A stretch of DNA of 32,000 bases from Candidatus Saccharimonadota bacterium (GTDB lineage Bacteria; Patescibacteriota; Gracilibacteria; UBA1369; 2-02-FULL-48-14). The number at the start of each line of letters is the position of its first letter. Position 1 is the stretch's first letter. This document shows positions 1-7,580 of this stretch, one piece after another. A program made the position numbers and the translations under genes. The notes below the pieces were generated by a model. The model was not told the DNA's origin and searched no databases. It saw nothing but the letters and a program-made list of their open reading frames with translations. The DNA lies in NCBI GenBank assembly GCA_965230905.1, contig OZ246396.1:780001-812000 (forward strand), given 5' to 3'.

Positions 1-258
1 TTAGGAAATGACGGTTATTATCAAGATCTATTCCATGGCCTATATACGGCTACATCTCATGATGAAGGTTATAAATTACTTACATGGATGCTTGGTCATG
101 CAGATGGAAACATCAAAGAACGTGGAATGAAGTTGCTTGGGCTCAGTAATGTTCCCCCAAGTCCTCGAGTAAGACCTGCCTATTATGCCGCCCTTCAGAG
201 CGTATGCCCCGAAGGTATACCAAATCATCTGAAGTGGGACGATACTCAGGCGGCCTAA
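1..258 (+). CDS. 3' end of an unidentified protein-coding gene (start lies upstream of the window)
   Basis: Frame 1 is open from base 1 to TAA at 256-258 (LGNDGYYQDLFHGLY...HLKWDDTQAA*). It is absent from the ORF track because it has no start in the window. No family recognised. Confidence 0.4.
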   Translation, partial: LGNDGYYQDLFHGLYTATSHDEGYKLLTWMLGHADGNIKERGMKLLGLSNVPPSPRVRPAYYAALQSVCPEGIPNHLKWDDTQAA

Positions 259-818
259 AAGCTTTCTTCCTGATTGTACTCCGCTCCGCCTACTTGGGGA
301 ATAACGGCTTCAATGGTTCCCCACATGGACTCGCGATCTTTGGGAATGATGAGGGTCACTTCGTCGCCCATGTTTCCTTTATAATAGGTTACGGAGGCGA
401 GCAGCACACGGTAGGTTTTTCCGTTGGCCACCACTTTGAACTGGCCGTCTTCTTTGAGCAGGGCGCCTTTTACGAATTCGCGGTCGATGGGTGCGATTTG
501 TTTATACACAAAGCTTCCGTTGGACATGATGGTGAGTTTTAAGCGGTCGCCTTCCACCAATTTGGATTTGCTGGCGTAGTTCGCTGGCACGGGGAAGATC
601 TTTTCGTTTGGCCCGATCATGTTTTGGCCGTCAAAAGTGCCTTCGATGATTTGGGTTTCGCCTTGGTCGTAGGCTTTGGCGTCCTCGGCTTTCATAGGTG
701 CGTGAGTGCTCACGGAACTTGGGGAGATCTCAGATAACAGATCGCGGGCGGACTTCAATGAAGACTCTGCCGCTTCGATCATGCGCAGAATTTTGGAGAT
801 TTGTTCGGTGTCGGACAT
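255..818 (-). CDS. hypothetical protein (187 aa), downstream of the FtsQ-like gene
   Basis: ATG-started ORF 15 nt after the FtsQ-like stop, with normal amino-acid composition. No family recognised. Confidence 0.6.
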   Translation of the reverse strand: MSDTEQISKILRMIEAAESSLKSARDLLSEISPSSVSTHAPMKAEDAKAYDQGETQIIEGTFDGQNMIGPNEKIFPVPANYASKSKLVEGDRLKLTIMSNGSFVYKQIAPIDREFVKGALLKEDGQFKVVANGKTYRVLLASVTYYKGNMGDEVTLIIPKDRESMWGTIEAVIPQVGGAEYNQEESF

Positions 819-833
819 GGTTTGTGTGTTTAT

Positions 834-1844
834 TTACTCAGGTGTGCCTAATTTATATATTACTTTTTCGCCGTTCTGTCCAGAAATTCTTAGGTCGATG
901 TACTCGAGCGGCGCGGTGTAAATATCGATTTCGGTAAGCGCTTTTTTGAGCTTCGCCAGTTGCAGCGGAACGTCCTGAGTGAGGTCGATCCACACAGAAA
1001 AATAACGCTCCGTGGAGAGGTGGAGTTCGCGGGCGCGTTTGAGATAGGCGATTTCCAGCACTTCCATGTCGAATTTTCCTTCAAAACTCTCGGCGGTTTC
1101 CAGCAGAGTGGCCAAGGTTTCCTGAGAAATCAACTCCTCGTTGATCTGGTCGGGCATGGTGTCGGCCGGAAGTTCTTCTTCCACAGCGGCTTCTTCTGTT
1201 GGAGTTTCTTCCGTGGGCGTCTCCTCAGCCACAGGTATGTCCATGTCGGTTCCGGTCACGTCCATCACAATCAGAGGCAGATTTTCCAGGCTGGTTCCAA
1301 TGCTGGCGATGAATCCGTGCTCATTGATCACAAAGTACTGGGTGCTGCCGTTTTCGAACTCCATGCGCACATTGGCCACGGGCGGGTAGGTCTCTACGGT
1401 TACGGAAATGGTGTGGAAAAAGTCACGGTCGATGTCCAGGGTTTTCAGGTAGGCGTAGGTGCTTAAAAACGCTTTTTCCTGGGTGCCGGTGTCAAAAAGC
1501 AGCAAATTGTCGCCCAAAAACTCTTGAAGCTCTTCTTTAATGGCGCTTTGCTCCTGGGCGGTGTCGGCTTCTCCTTTCACTTCAATGCTTTGAATTTCGA
1601 AGGCCGTGCTCAAAAAAAGCAGGTAGATGAGGCCTAAAGTGGCGACCACTCCCACGAAAATTTTGATGTACCATAAAAAGCGCCCGGTTTTTTCACTGCG
1701 ACGACGGGAGGCACGGTCGGTTCCGGCAATGGCACGCACTTTGGGCACAAATGGCTTTCTGCTCGAAAGCCGCGAGCTCTTGTAGCTGGTAAAGCTCGCT
1801 TGGCTGGTGCGGCGTTTTCGTTTAAAAACCGAAAAGAGACCCAT
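834..1844 (-). CDS. ftsQ: FtsQ-like cell division protein (POTRA domain, single N-terminal TM anchor)
   Basis: Basic N-terminus, one TM helix (FLWYIKIFVGVVATLGLIYLLFL), then a POTRA-like block (EIQSIEVKGE...LLLFDTG...TISVTVETYPPVANV). An acidic ETPTEETPTEE insertion is present. Confidence 0.6.
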   Translation of the reverse strand: MGLFSVFKRKRRTSQASFTSYKSSRLSSRKPFVPKVRAIAGTDRASRRRSEKTGRFLWYIKIFVGVVATLGLIYLLFLSTAFEIQSIEVKGEADTAQEQSAIKEELQEFLGDNLLLFDTGTQEKAFLSTYAYLKTLDIDRDFFHTISVTVETYPPVANVRMEFENGSTQYFVINEHGFIASIGTSLENLPLIVMDVTGTDMDIPVAEETPTEETPTEEAAVEEELPADTMPDQINEELISQETLATLLETAESFEGKFDMEVLEIAYLKRARELHLSTERYFSVWIDLTQDVPLQLAKLKKALTEIDIYTAPLEYIDLRISGQNGEKVIYKLGTPE

Positions 1845-1859
1845 AAATGGGGGGCGTGA

Positions 1860-2015
1860 TTAATTGCCCTTTGCCAGGGCTTCTCGCAGAGCGTTCTGAC
1901 GAGCTTCAGCACGAGGTCGGGCTTTCGCCTTGTTCTTGCGCTTAGAAAGCTTTGACTTCGGTCGAGTCGAATTGACCGTCGTCATCCCGTGTTTTAAGCT
2001 GTGTTTGTTTACCAT
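1860..2015 (-). CDS. possible small, very basic protein (52 aa from the first ATG)
   Basis: The ORF-track start at 2063 is TTG and the first ATG is at 2015. The product is K/R-rich (MVNKHSLKHG...KRKNKAKARPRAEARQNALREALAKGN). It ends 15 nt before the ftsQ-like ATG. No homology recognised. Confidence 0.3.
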   Translation of the reverse strand: MVNKHSLKHGMTTVNSTRPKSKLSKRKNKAKARPRAEARQNALREALAKGN

Positions 2016-2070
2016 AAGATTGATGAGCCAAGCGATTGTAGGAGACTTGAGGTTTAGAGTCAAGGGCAGC

Positions 2071-2107
2071 TAATAAAAGAGACCCTACCGTGGAGTGAAG
2101 GGCCTCT
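2071..2107 (-). terminator. intrinsic terminator downstream of nrdJ
   Basis: Minus strand reads AGAGGCCCT-(12 nt loop)-AGGGTCTCT, a 9-bp stem with one G:U pair, followed by TTTTATT. It starts about 64 nt after the nrdJ stop. Confidence 0.55.
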
Positions 2108-2170
2108 TTGAAGAGTTAAAATATTGAGTCCTGCGGACGGCTTTTTAGGACCTCCGCTTTCGCTGCGGTC

Positions 2171-5155
2171 TCACGAGCAGCCCATGCTATTCCCACAGTT
2201 TAGACACTTGTAGCAGGTGGCGTTGCGCACGGTCACGTGGCCGCAGGTTCCGCAGAGGGGAGCGTCGCCCATCATGCTTTTGAGTCCGGCGCTGAGGGCG
2301 TCGTGCACTCCAGCGCCAGCTGGAGCTGTTCCTGTTGTTCCTGTTTGGCTGGCGATGTCGCCGCTGTCGTCGTTTTCTTCGTCGGCGTCGGCTTCCATCT
2401 TAATGGCTTCGGTGAATTTTCCTTTGAGGGTGTTTTCCATGAACTGAGTGGTTTTGGGTTCCACGTGCACAAAGTCCGTGCGGCCGAGGTATTCCATTCC
2501 AAGCACTCGGAAAATAAAGTCTACAATAGAAGTACAGGTTCGGATGTTGGGGTGAGTGGTGAATCCACTTGGGTCGAAACGGGTGAAGGTGAAGGAGTCC
2601 ACGTATTTTTCCAGAGGCACACCGTATTGGAGACCAATAGAAACGGCCACGGCGAAACAGTTGAGCAGACTTCGGTAGGAAGCCCCTTCTTTAAAGGTGT
2701 CGATGAAGAGTTCTCCGAGTTGGCCGTCTTCGTATTCACCGGTGCGGAGGTACATTTTTTGTCCGGCCACAGCGGCTTCCACGGTGATTCCGTGACGCTT
2801 GGTGGGCATGGAGATTTTGGATCCACGGAGCACGGCGCCTTCTGGCAGGGTTGCTGCTTCGGGAGCGGCGACTTTGTCCTTTTTGCTGGAGAGCGGTTGA
2901 GAGTGCTTGCTTCCATCACGGTAAAGCGCGATGGCCTTGAGACCGAGTTTCCACGATTGGAGGTAGATGCCTTCGATTTCTTCTACGGTCGCTTCGTTAG
3001 GGATGTTTACGGTTTTGGAAATGGCTCCAGAAAGGAAGGGTTGCACGGCTGCCATCATTTTAACGTGACCGAGTGGGGCGATGTAACGGGTTCCTTTTCC
3101 ACATTTGTTCGCGCAGTCGAAGATGGCGAAGTGTTCTTCCTTAAGGCCAGGTGCGCCTTCGAGGGTTTCAGCGGCTTCTTGTTTGTCGTTACCCATCACG
3201 TACTCCACAATTTCTTTGATCTGGTCTTCGGTGTAGCCGAGGCGGAGCAAGATGTTTGGGATGGATTTGTTGATGATTTTGAAGTGTCCTCCTCCGGCGA
3301 GTTTTTTCCATTTCATGATGGAGAATTCAGGTTCCACACCGGTGGTGTCGCAGTCCATGAGCAGACCGATGGTTCCGGTTGGTGCGAGCACGGTGGCTTG
3401 CGCATTGCGGTATCCATATTGTTCTCCGAGTTTCACAGCGAGGTCTGCGTCTTCAACAGCGGCATCATAAAGGGCGGTGCCGGCGAGATTGGAGTCGATT
3501 TTGTGAGCGGCTGCACGGTGCATTTCCATTACGCGGAGCATGGGTTTTTTGTTGGCTTCGTAGCCGGCGAAAGTGCCCACGGCTTTTGCGAGTTCTGCAG
3601 AAGTGGCGAAGGCGTGGCAGTGCATAATGGCGGTTAGAGCCGCGGCGATAGAGCGTCCTTTGTCGGAGTCGTATGGCACGCCGAGCATCATGAGCAAGGT
3701 TCCGAGGTTGGCGTAACCGAGTCCGAGTGGACGGTAGTCGTGGCTGTTTTGCGCGATAGATGGAGTTGGGTAAGAAGAAAGGTCCACCAAGATTTCTTGA
3801 GCGATGAAGAAGATTTCAACGGCGTGGCGGTAGCCGGCGATGTCGAAACTGCCGTCGTCATTCAGGAATTTCACAAGGTTGAGAGAAGCAAGGTTGCAGG
3901 CCGTGTCGTCCAAGAACATGTATTCGGAGCAAGGGTTTGATCCGTTGATGCGTCCGGTGTTTGGACAGGTGTGCCAGTCGTTGATAGTGGTGTCGAATTG
4001 GAGTCCAGGATCGGCGCAAGACCAAGCGGCTGCACAGATTTCTTCAAAGAGTCCTTGTGCGTCCATTTCTTCGTACTTGCGGTTGTCGGTGCGGAATCGA
4101 GTCCAGAATTTTTCACGTTTTTCAACGGCTTCCATGAACTCGTCCATTACACGCACGGAGTTGTTGGAGTTTTGTCCAGAAACCGTGTGGTAAGCCTCGC
4201 CGCGCCAGTCTCCGCTGTACCCAGCGTCCATGAGGGCTTTGGCTTTCTTTTCAGATTCTACTTTCCAGTTCACGAAGTCACGGATTTCGGGGTGATCCAC
4301 GTCCAGCACCACCATTTTGGCGGCACGGCGGGTGGTTCCTCCAGACTTAATAGCTCCGGCTCCGCGGTCGAGTACTTCCAGGAAGGACATGAGACCAGAA
4401 GAGATTCCTCCTCCGGAAAGGATTTCGTATTTAGAACGAATAGCAGAGAAGTTGGAACCGGTTCCAGATCCGTATTTAAAGAGCTTAGCTTCGTTTTTTG
4501 CGAGTTCAAAAATTCCCATGAGCGAGTCGTCCACTTTTTGGATGAAGCAGGCGCTGCATTGAGGTCGGGAGTACACGTTGTCGATTTCCACGATTTTCTT
4601 TTCTGCAAAATCCCAGGCGTAGTTGCCGGCGTCGCCGACCACTCCGTATTCGTGGTAGAGCCCACAGTTGAACCAAACGGGGGAGTTGAAGGCCCCACGC
4701 TGCGTGATGCACATGAATTTCAGTTCTTGTTCAAAGGCATCGGCATCTTCTTTAGAAGCAAAGTATCCATTCTGTTCCCCAAAGGTACGGATGGTGTGAG
4801 ACACACGGTGCACGGTTTGTTTCGCGCTGTTTTCGCTGCCGGCTTTGCCATCCACTCCACGCTTGCGGAAGTATTTTTGTGCGATGATGTCGGTTGCGAG
4901 CTGAGACCAGGTCGTTGGCACTTCCACGTTGTTCATTTCAAATACAATCTTTCCATCGGGTTCGGTGATGCGGCTTTCGCGAGTCTCGAAATCGATCATG
5001 CTAAAGGCATCGAGGCCGGGTTTAGTGAAGCGGCGTTTGATGCTGAGGGCTTTGCCGGCGGGTTTTGCGTCGCGGGGTTGGGCTGGTTTTGCAGCGGGAG
5101 CCTTGGGAGCCGCGTTCGCCTGAACGGGGTCGGGTAAAGTGATCGATTGGGCCAT
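2171..5155 (-). CDS. nrdJ: class II (adenosylcobalamin-dependent) ribonucleoside-diphosphate/triphosphate reductase
   Basis: 994-aa ORF with blocks typical of class II RNR (KRRFTKPG, NSPVWFNCG, CSACFI, GSNPCSEY) and a C-terminal Cys cluster CGTCGH...CYKCLNCG. ATG at 5155, TGA at 2171. Confidence 0.95.
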   Translation of the reverse strand: MAQSITLPDPVQANAAPKAPAAKPAQPRDAKPAGKALSIKRRFTKPGLDAFSMIDFETRESRITEPDGKIVFEMNNVEVPTTWSQLATDIIAQKYFRKRGVDGKAGSENSAKQTVHRVSHTIRTFGEQNGYFASKEDADAFEQELKFMCITQRGAFNSPVWFNCGLYHEYGVVGDAGNYAWDFAEKKIVEIDNVYSRPQCSACFIQKVDDSLMGIFELAKNEAKLFKYGSGTGSNFSAIRSKYEILSGGGISSGLMSFLEVLDRGAGAIKSGGTTRRAAKMVVLDVDHPEIRDFVNWKVESEKKAKALMDAGYSGDWRGEAYHTVSGQNSNNSVRVMDEFMEAVEKREKFWTRFRTDNRKYEEMDAQGLFEEICAAAWSCADPGLQFDTTINDWHTCPNTGRINGSNPCSEYMFLDDTACNLASLNLVKFLNDDGSFDIAGYRHAVEIFFIAQEILVDLSSYPTPSIAQNSHDYRPLGLGYANLGTLLMMLGVPYDSDKGRSIAAALTAIMHCHAFATSAELAKAVGTFAGYEANKKPMLRVMEMHRAAAHKIDSNLAGTALYDAAVEDADLAVKLGEQYGYRNAQATVLAPTGTIGLLMDCDTTGVEPEFSIMKWKKLAGGGHFKIINKSIPNILLRLGYTEDQIKEIVEYVMGNDKQEAAETLEGAPGLKEEHFAIFDCANKCGKGTRYIAPLGHVKMMAAVQPFLSGAISKTVNIPNEATVEEIEGIYLQSWKLGLKAIALYRDGSKHSQPLSSKKDKVAAPEAATLPEGAVLRGSKISMPTKRHGITVEAAVAGQKMYLRTGEYEDGQLGELFIDTFKEGASYRSLLNCFAVAVSIGLQYGVPLEKYVDSFTFTRFDPSGFTTHPNIRTCTSIVDFIFRVLGMEYLGRTDFVHVEPKTTQFMENTLKGKFTEAIKMEADADEENDDSGDIASQTGTTGTAPAGAGVHDALSAGLKSMMGDAPLCGTCGHVTVRNATCYKCLNCGNSMGCS

Positions 5156-5285
5156 ACAGCGGGGATAAGGAGGGGGAAATAAAGGTGGATGTGGCTTGCG
5201 CCACGTTCCTGCTTAGCAGACCCGTTGGGTCCGCTTGAACGTAGTAAAACCCCGACCTAAGTGTAGTGGGGCGCCGACGTGGTAG

Positions 5286-5301
5286 ACACAAGATATGGGG
5301 G
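5286..5301 (-). promoter_or_regulatory. NrdR-box-like operator, promoter-proximal copy
   Basis: Minus strand cccccatatcttgtgt matches about 11 of 16 positions of the published NrdR box acaCwAtATaTwGtgt. It lies in the nrdJ upstream region. Confidence 0.45.
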
Positions 5302-5317
5302 ATTTGTGCCAGGTGTA

Positions 5318-5333
5318 CCCCAAGATACGGGAT
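5318..5333 (-). promoter_or_regulatory. NrdR-box-like operator, distal copy overlapping the predicted -10
   Basis: Minus strand atcccgtatcttgggg is a weaker match (about 9 of 16) but shares the core cc[c/g]tatcttg[t/g]g with the other box. The core is offset by exactly 32 bp, which is the typical tandem NrdR-box spacing. Confidence 0.4.
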
Positions 5334-5350
5334 TTTTTTTCCTGGGTCAA
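5322..5350 (-). promoter_or_regulatory. predicted sigma70-type promoter of nrdJ
   Basis: Minus strand TTGACC (5350-5345), a 17-nt spacer, then TATCTT (5327-5322). This implies a leader of about 160 nt. Confidence 0.4.
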
Positions 5351-5498
5351 AGTGATTTAAGTTCATTCCATTTGACGCCGGGGCACAAACTTTTCATGGT
5401 GATACACCGGGGCAGCCGGTCGTGTTCTGCACAAGGTTTGAAGCCCGTTACAAGCAGGGTGTCAAACCCCCCTTTTTTACAAAGTCCCGCCAGGGGTA

Positions 5499-5526
5499 TT
5501 GACATTTTCGCTATAAGGTTTATTAT
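5499..5526 (+). promoter_or_regulatory. predicted sigma70-type promoter of the 5550-7580 gene
   Basis: TTGACA (5499-5504), a 16-nt spacer, then TATTAT (5521-5526), about 24 nt upstream of the ATG. Confidence 0.5.
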
Positions 5527-5549
5527 TTCATAATGCTAACAACTCAAAA

Positions 5550-7580
5550 ATGTCTTCAATAGACGACTTAGCAGGTGGGCTCACTTATCCCACGGACGAA
5601 AATGGTTATATCTGCTTAAATGAATCGGGAGCCGTGCGGCTGCCGGATGACAGCTTACTTCGTTTTTGGGTAGATAGTGGGTATGTGGAAGTGGTGCTGA
5701 ACGAGGGTGTTTTTTGGAAGAAGGCCACGCCAGATCAATTCGAATGGGTTCTTGGAGAACTGTCACGCCGAATAGACACCCGTTTTGAATTGATTCACGA
5801 GGATGGAGAACGGATTAAACTGCTCCCGGTGGATTCCACCGATTCAACGGATTCATTGGATTCAATGAAGGACGATGATCCCCTGCCTTTGGACAGCCCT
5901 GTTGTGGTGAGGAGGGGTTTTCGGGATCGATTGAAAGCGGTGAGCGGATGGATTTTTAAGAAAAAAGAGCCTGAAGTGTATGTGAAAGGAGTTGGATTTA
6001 CCAAGGAGTCTGAGGTTGGGGAGGATGTTCGTGAGTACATTAAAACTAAGTTGGGCGTAGACGATGCGGAGTTGGATGCCATTGCGGATGAGTATTTCCA
6101 TCCGGGATTGACCATGGACCCCAAAGTTGCCAAAAGTGCCATCAATGCAGTTAAACAATCTGCAAAAGCAGAAAGCAATGTGCGCCGTTTTGCCGCCATT
6201 TGGGAGGATTTAACCGTGCGAATTCCTTTTACAAAATTTCGTCTGCCCATGCCTGCCGCGGATCCACTCATCAGTTTAATTCCTGGAGTTGGAGAGGTGG
6301 TGGATGGAGTGATTCCAACTGGAATTTTTGCCTACAACGGGCTCAAAGCGGGTTTGAACGCTGGGCCCATGGCTCGTGGGCTAGCCTTGCAATTCGGAAA
6401 CTTTGCCCTGCACATTTTGAAGTATGGAGGGCCGACGGTTGTAGTTAAGTTTGCGGTGGATTGGCTGTTCAATTCAGTCACCGCTACTACCCATGATTTC
6501 ATGGACCGCCGCTTGCAGGCAATTTCTGTGGCGCGTGGGTTTGGAATCACGGAAGAAGATATTGAAAAAGTGTCTCAAGAAGCCATCCGCAAGTCCACCG
6601 TTACCGAAGAAAATACACAAAATTCACGTATACTTAAGCGCTGGGTAGTGGGTGGAGTGATGTCTTTTGGAAGGCACAAAAATACAGCCATAGCCGTGGC
6701 CACAAAGCCTTTTGAAAAGAAAATAAGTGAGGGTACTGAAGCGGTTTTGGATTACTTTTATCCACTCTTGGAAGATCGGAAAGAAACGGAGCGGAGAGGT
6801 AGAAGTTTTGTAGAAAATGTGGGATCGGGATTCGCCCATCATGGGCACGATCACGGCCATGGGACACCGGCTCATGGGCCGGCTCATGGGCCGGCTCATG
6901 GGCCTGCTCAAATCCCTGCAGAGGATGATCATGGTCACGGACATGGTTTCGACCATCCAGTTCCAGTGGAAGCGGCGCCGGCTAGCCCTGAACTCGCCAC
7001 TTTAGCGGGCGCTTATCTTTTGTATGAAGATATTTTACATAGACTTTCCCCTGAAAGCGCACGACGTTTAGAGGCGGAATTAGTACGTGTGCGAGCAGGG
7101 AATTTGAAGGCCAATGAAGTGGATTATGCAAAAGCTTTGAAGCAAGTTTTTGAATTCGATAAATCTCAGGTTTTGAGGCTTTCGGATGATATTCGTGAAC
7201 GCTTTCAAAATCTTATGAGAACGAGTGGTTTTGTGCACAGCAATCCTTTTAGTGGAAGCCAGTCTTGGTCACTGTGGGATATTGCCAAACAATTCCACTA
7301 TTATAAAAATAAGAGAGCTGAGCCTAGCGACTATCACTTGGGCAATCCTTTGTCGGACCCACAGGTTCAGGACGAGATTGTTTACCGTCACTTTGGATGG
7401 GAACTGTATCAAAAATGGCAAAACCCGGCTGAACGGCCAATTCTTGAAGGTCTAATTGCTTTTCAGCCAAACCAAACACAGATTGAAGCTTTGCTAAATA
7501 AAGCGCACAAGCCAAATTATACCCTCAGCTCGAAAGACTTGGCTGAGTTGGGAGAACTGGTGGCTCGCTGTGTACGTTAG
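5550..7580 (+). CDS. large hypothetical protein with a DUF4112-like hydrophobic core and a His-rich repeat region
   Basis: 676-aa ATG ORF. The central segment DPLISLIPGVGEVVDG...GLKAGLNAGPMARGL resembles DUF4112 (DPLIGLIPGVGD). It also carries DSTDSTDSLDS and HHGHDHGHGTPAHGPAHGPAHGPA...DDHGHGHGFDHP low-complexity tracts. Confidence 0.75.
   Translation: MSSIDDLAGGLTYPTDENGYICLNESGAVRLPDDSLLRFWVDSGYVEVVLNEGVFWKKATPDQFEWVLGELSRRIDTRFELIHEDGERIKLLPVDSTDSTDSLDSMKDDDPLPLDSPVVVRRGFRDRLKAVSGWIFKKKEPEVYVKGVGFTKESEVGEDVREYIKTKLGVDDAELDAIADEYFHPGLTMDPKVAKSAINAVKQSAKAESNVRRFAAIWEDLTVRIPFTKFRLPMPAADPLISLIPGVGEVVDGVIPTGIFAYNGLKAGLNAGPMARGLALQFGNFALHILKYGGPTVVVKFAVDWLFNSVTATTHDFMDRRLQAISVARGFGITEEDIEKVSQEAIRKSTVTEENTQNSRILKRWVVGGVMSFGRHKNTAIAVATKPFEKKISEGTEAVLDYFYPLLEDRKETERRGRSFVENVGSGFAHHGHDHGHGTPAHGPAHGPAHGPAQIPAEDDHGHGHGFDHPVPVEAAPASPELATLAGAYLLYEDILHRLSPESARRLEAELVRVRAGNLKANEVDYAKALKQVFEFDKSQVLRLSDDIRERFQNLMRTSGFVHSNPFSGSQSWSLWDIAKQFHYYKNKRAEPSDYHLGNPLSDPQVQDEIVYRHFGWELYQKWQNPAERPILEGLIAFQPNQTQIEALLNKAHKPNYTLSSKDLAELGELVARCVR
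5832..5867 (+). repeat. 4 x 9-bp imperfect in-frame tandem repeat (gattcNNNg) encoding DSTDSTDSLDSM
   Basis: The sequence reads gattccacc gattcaacg gattcattg gattcaatg. Confidence 0.8.
6867..6910 (+). repeat. 3.7 x 12-bp in-frame tandem repeat (ccggctcatggg) encoding PAHG repeats
   Basis: Three perfect copies at 6867-6902 plus a partial diverged copy, inside the His-rich tract. Confidence 0.85.

Noticed and set aside
1845-2170. A known structured RNA (SRP RNA, 6S or similar) in the nrdJ-ftsQ gap
   Set aside because: I could not find the conserved SRP or 6S sequence features by eye. Only the nrdJ terminator hairpin is supported.
2237-5137. Long plus-strand ORFs (466 aa at 2237-3637 and 388 aa at 3971-5137) antisense to nrdJ
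   Set aside because: Their products are G/V/F/H-rich low-information sequences, typical of the reverse frames of a GC-rich gene. They lie entirely inside a gene with unmistakable class II RNR motifs.
5167-5240. Strong Shine-Dalgarno-like aaggaggg on the plus strand, followed by GTG/ATG mini-ORFs of 17-23 codons
   Set aside because: The purine tract is the complement of the pyrimidine-rich nrdJ leader. Other genes here do not use SD motifs. The mini-ORFs have no supporting features.
5156-5350. Possible cobalamin riboswitch in the nrdJ leader
   Set aside because: Only weak resemblances were found (gccacat instead of the B12-box core GCCACTG, and ggcacaaatccccc). B12 riboswitches normally repress B12-independent isozymes rather than nrdJ. 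The same bases are better explained as NrdR-box-like repeats.
5832-6910. Short tandem repeats (9-bp x4 and 12-bp x3.7) as a possible CRISPR or non-coding array
   Set aside because: The repeats are contiguous with no spacers, lie in frame inside a long ORF, and encode DST and PAHG peptide repeats.
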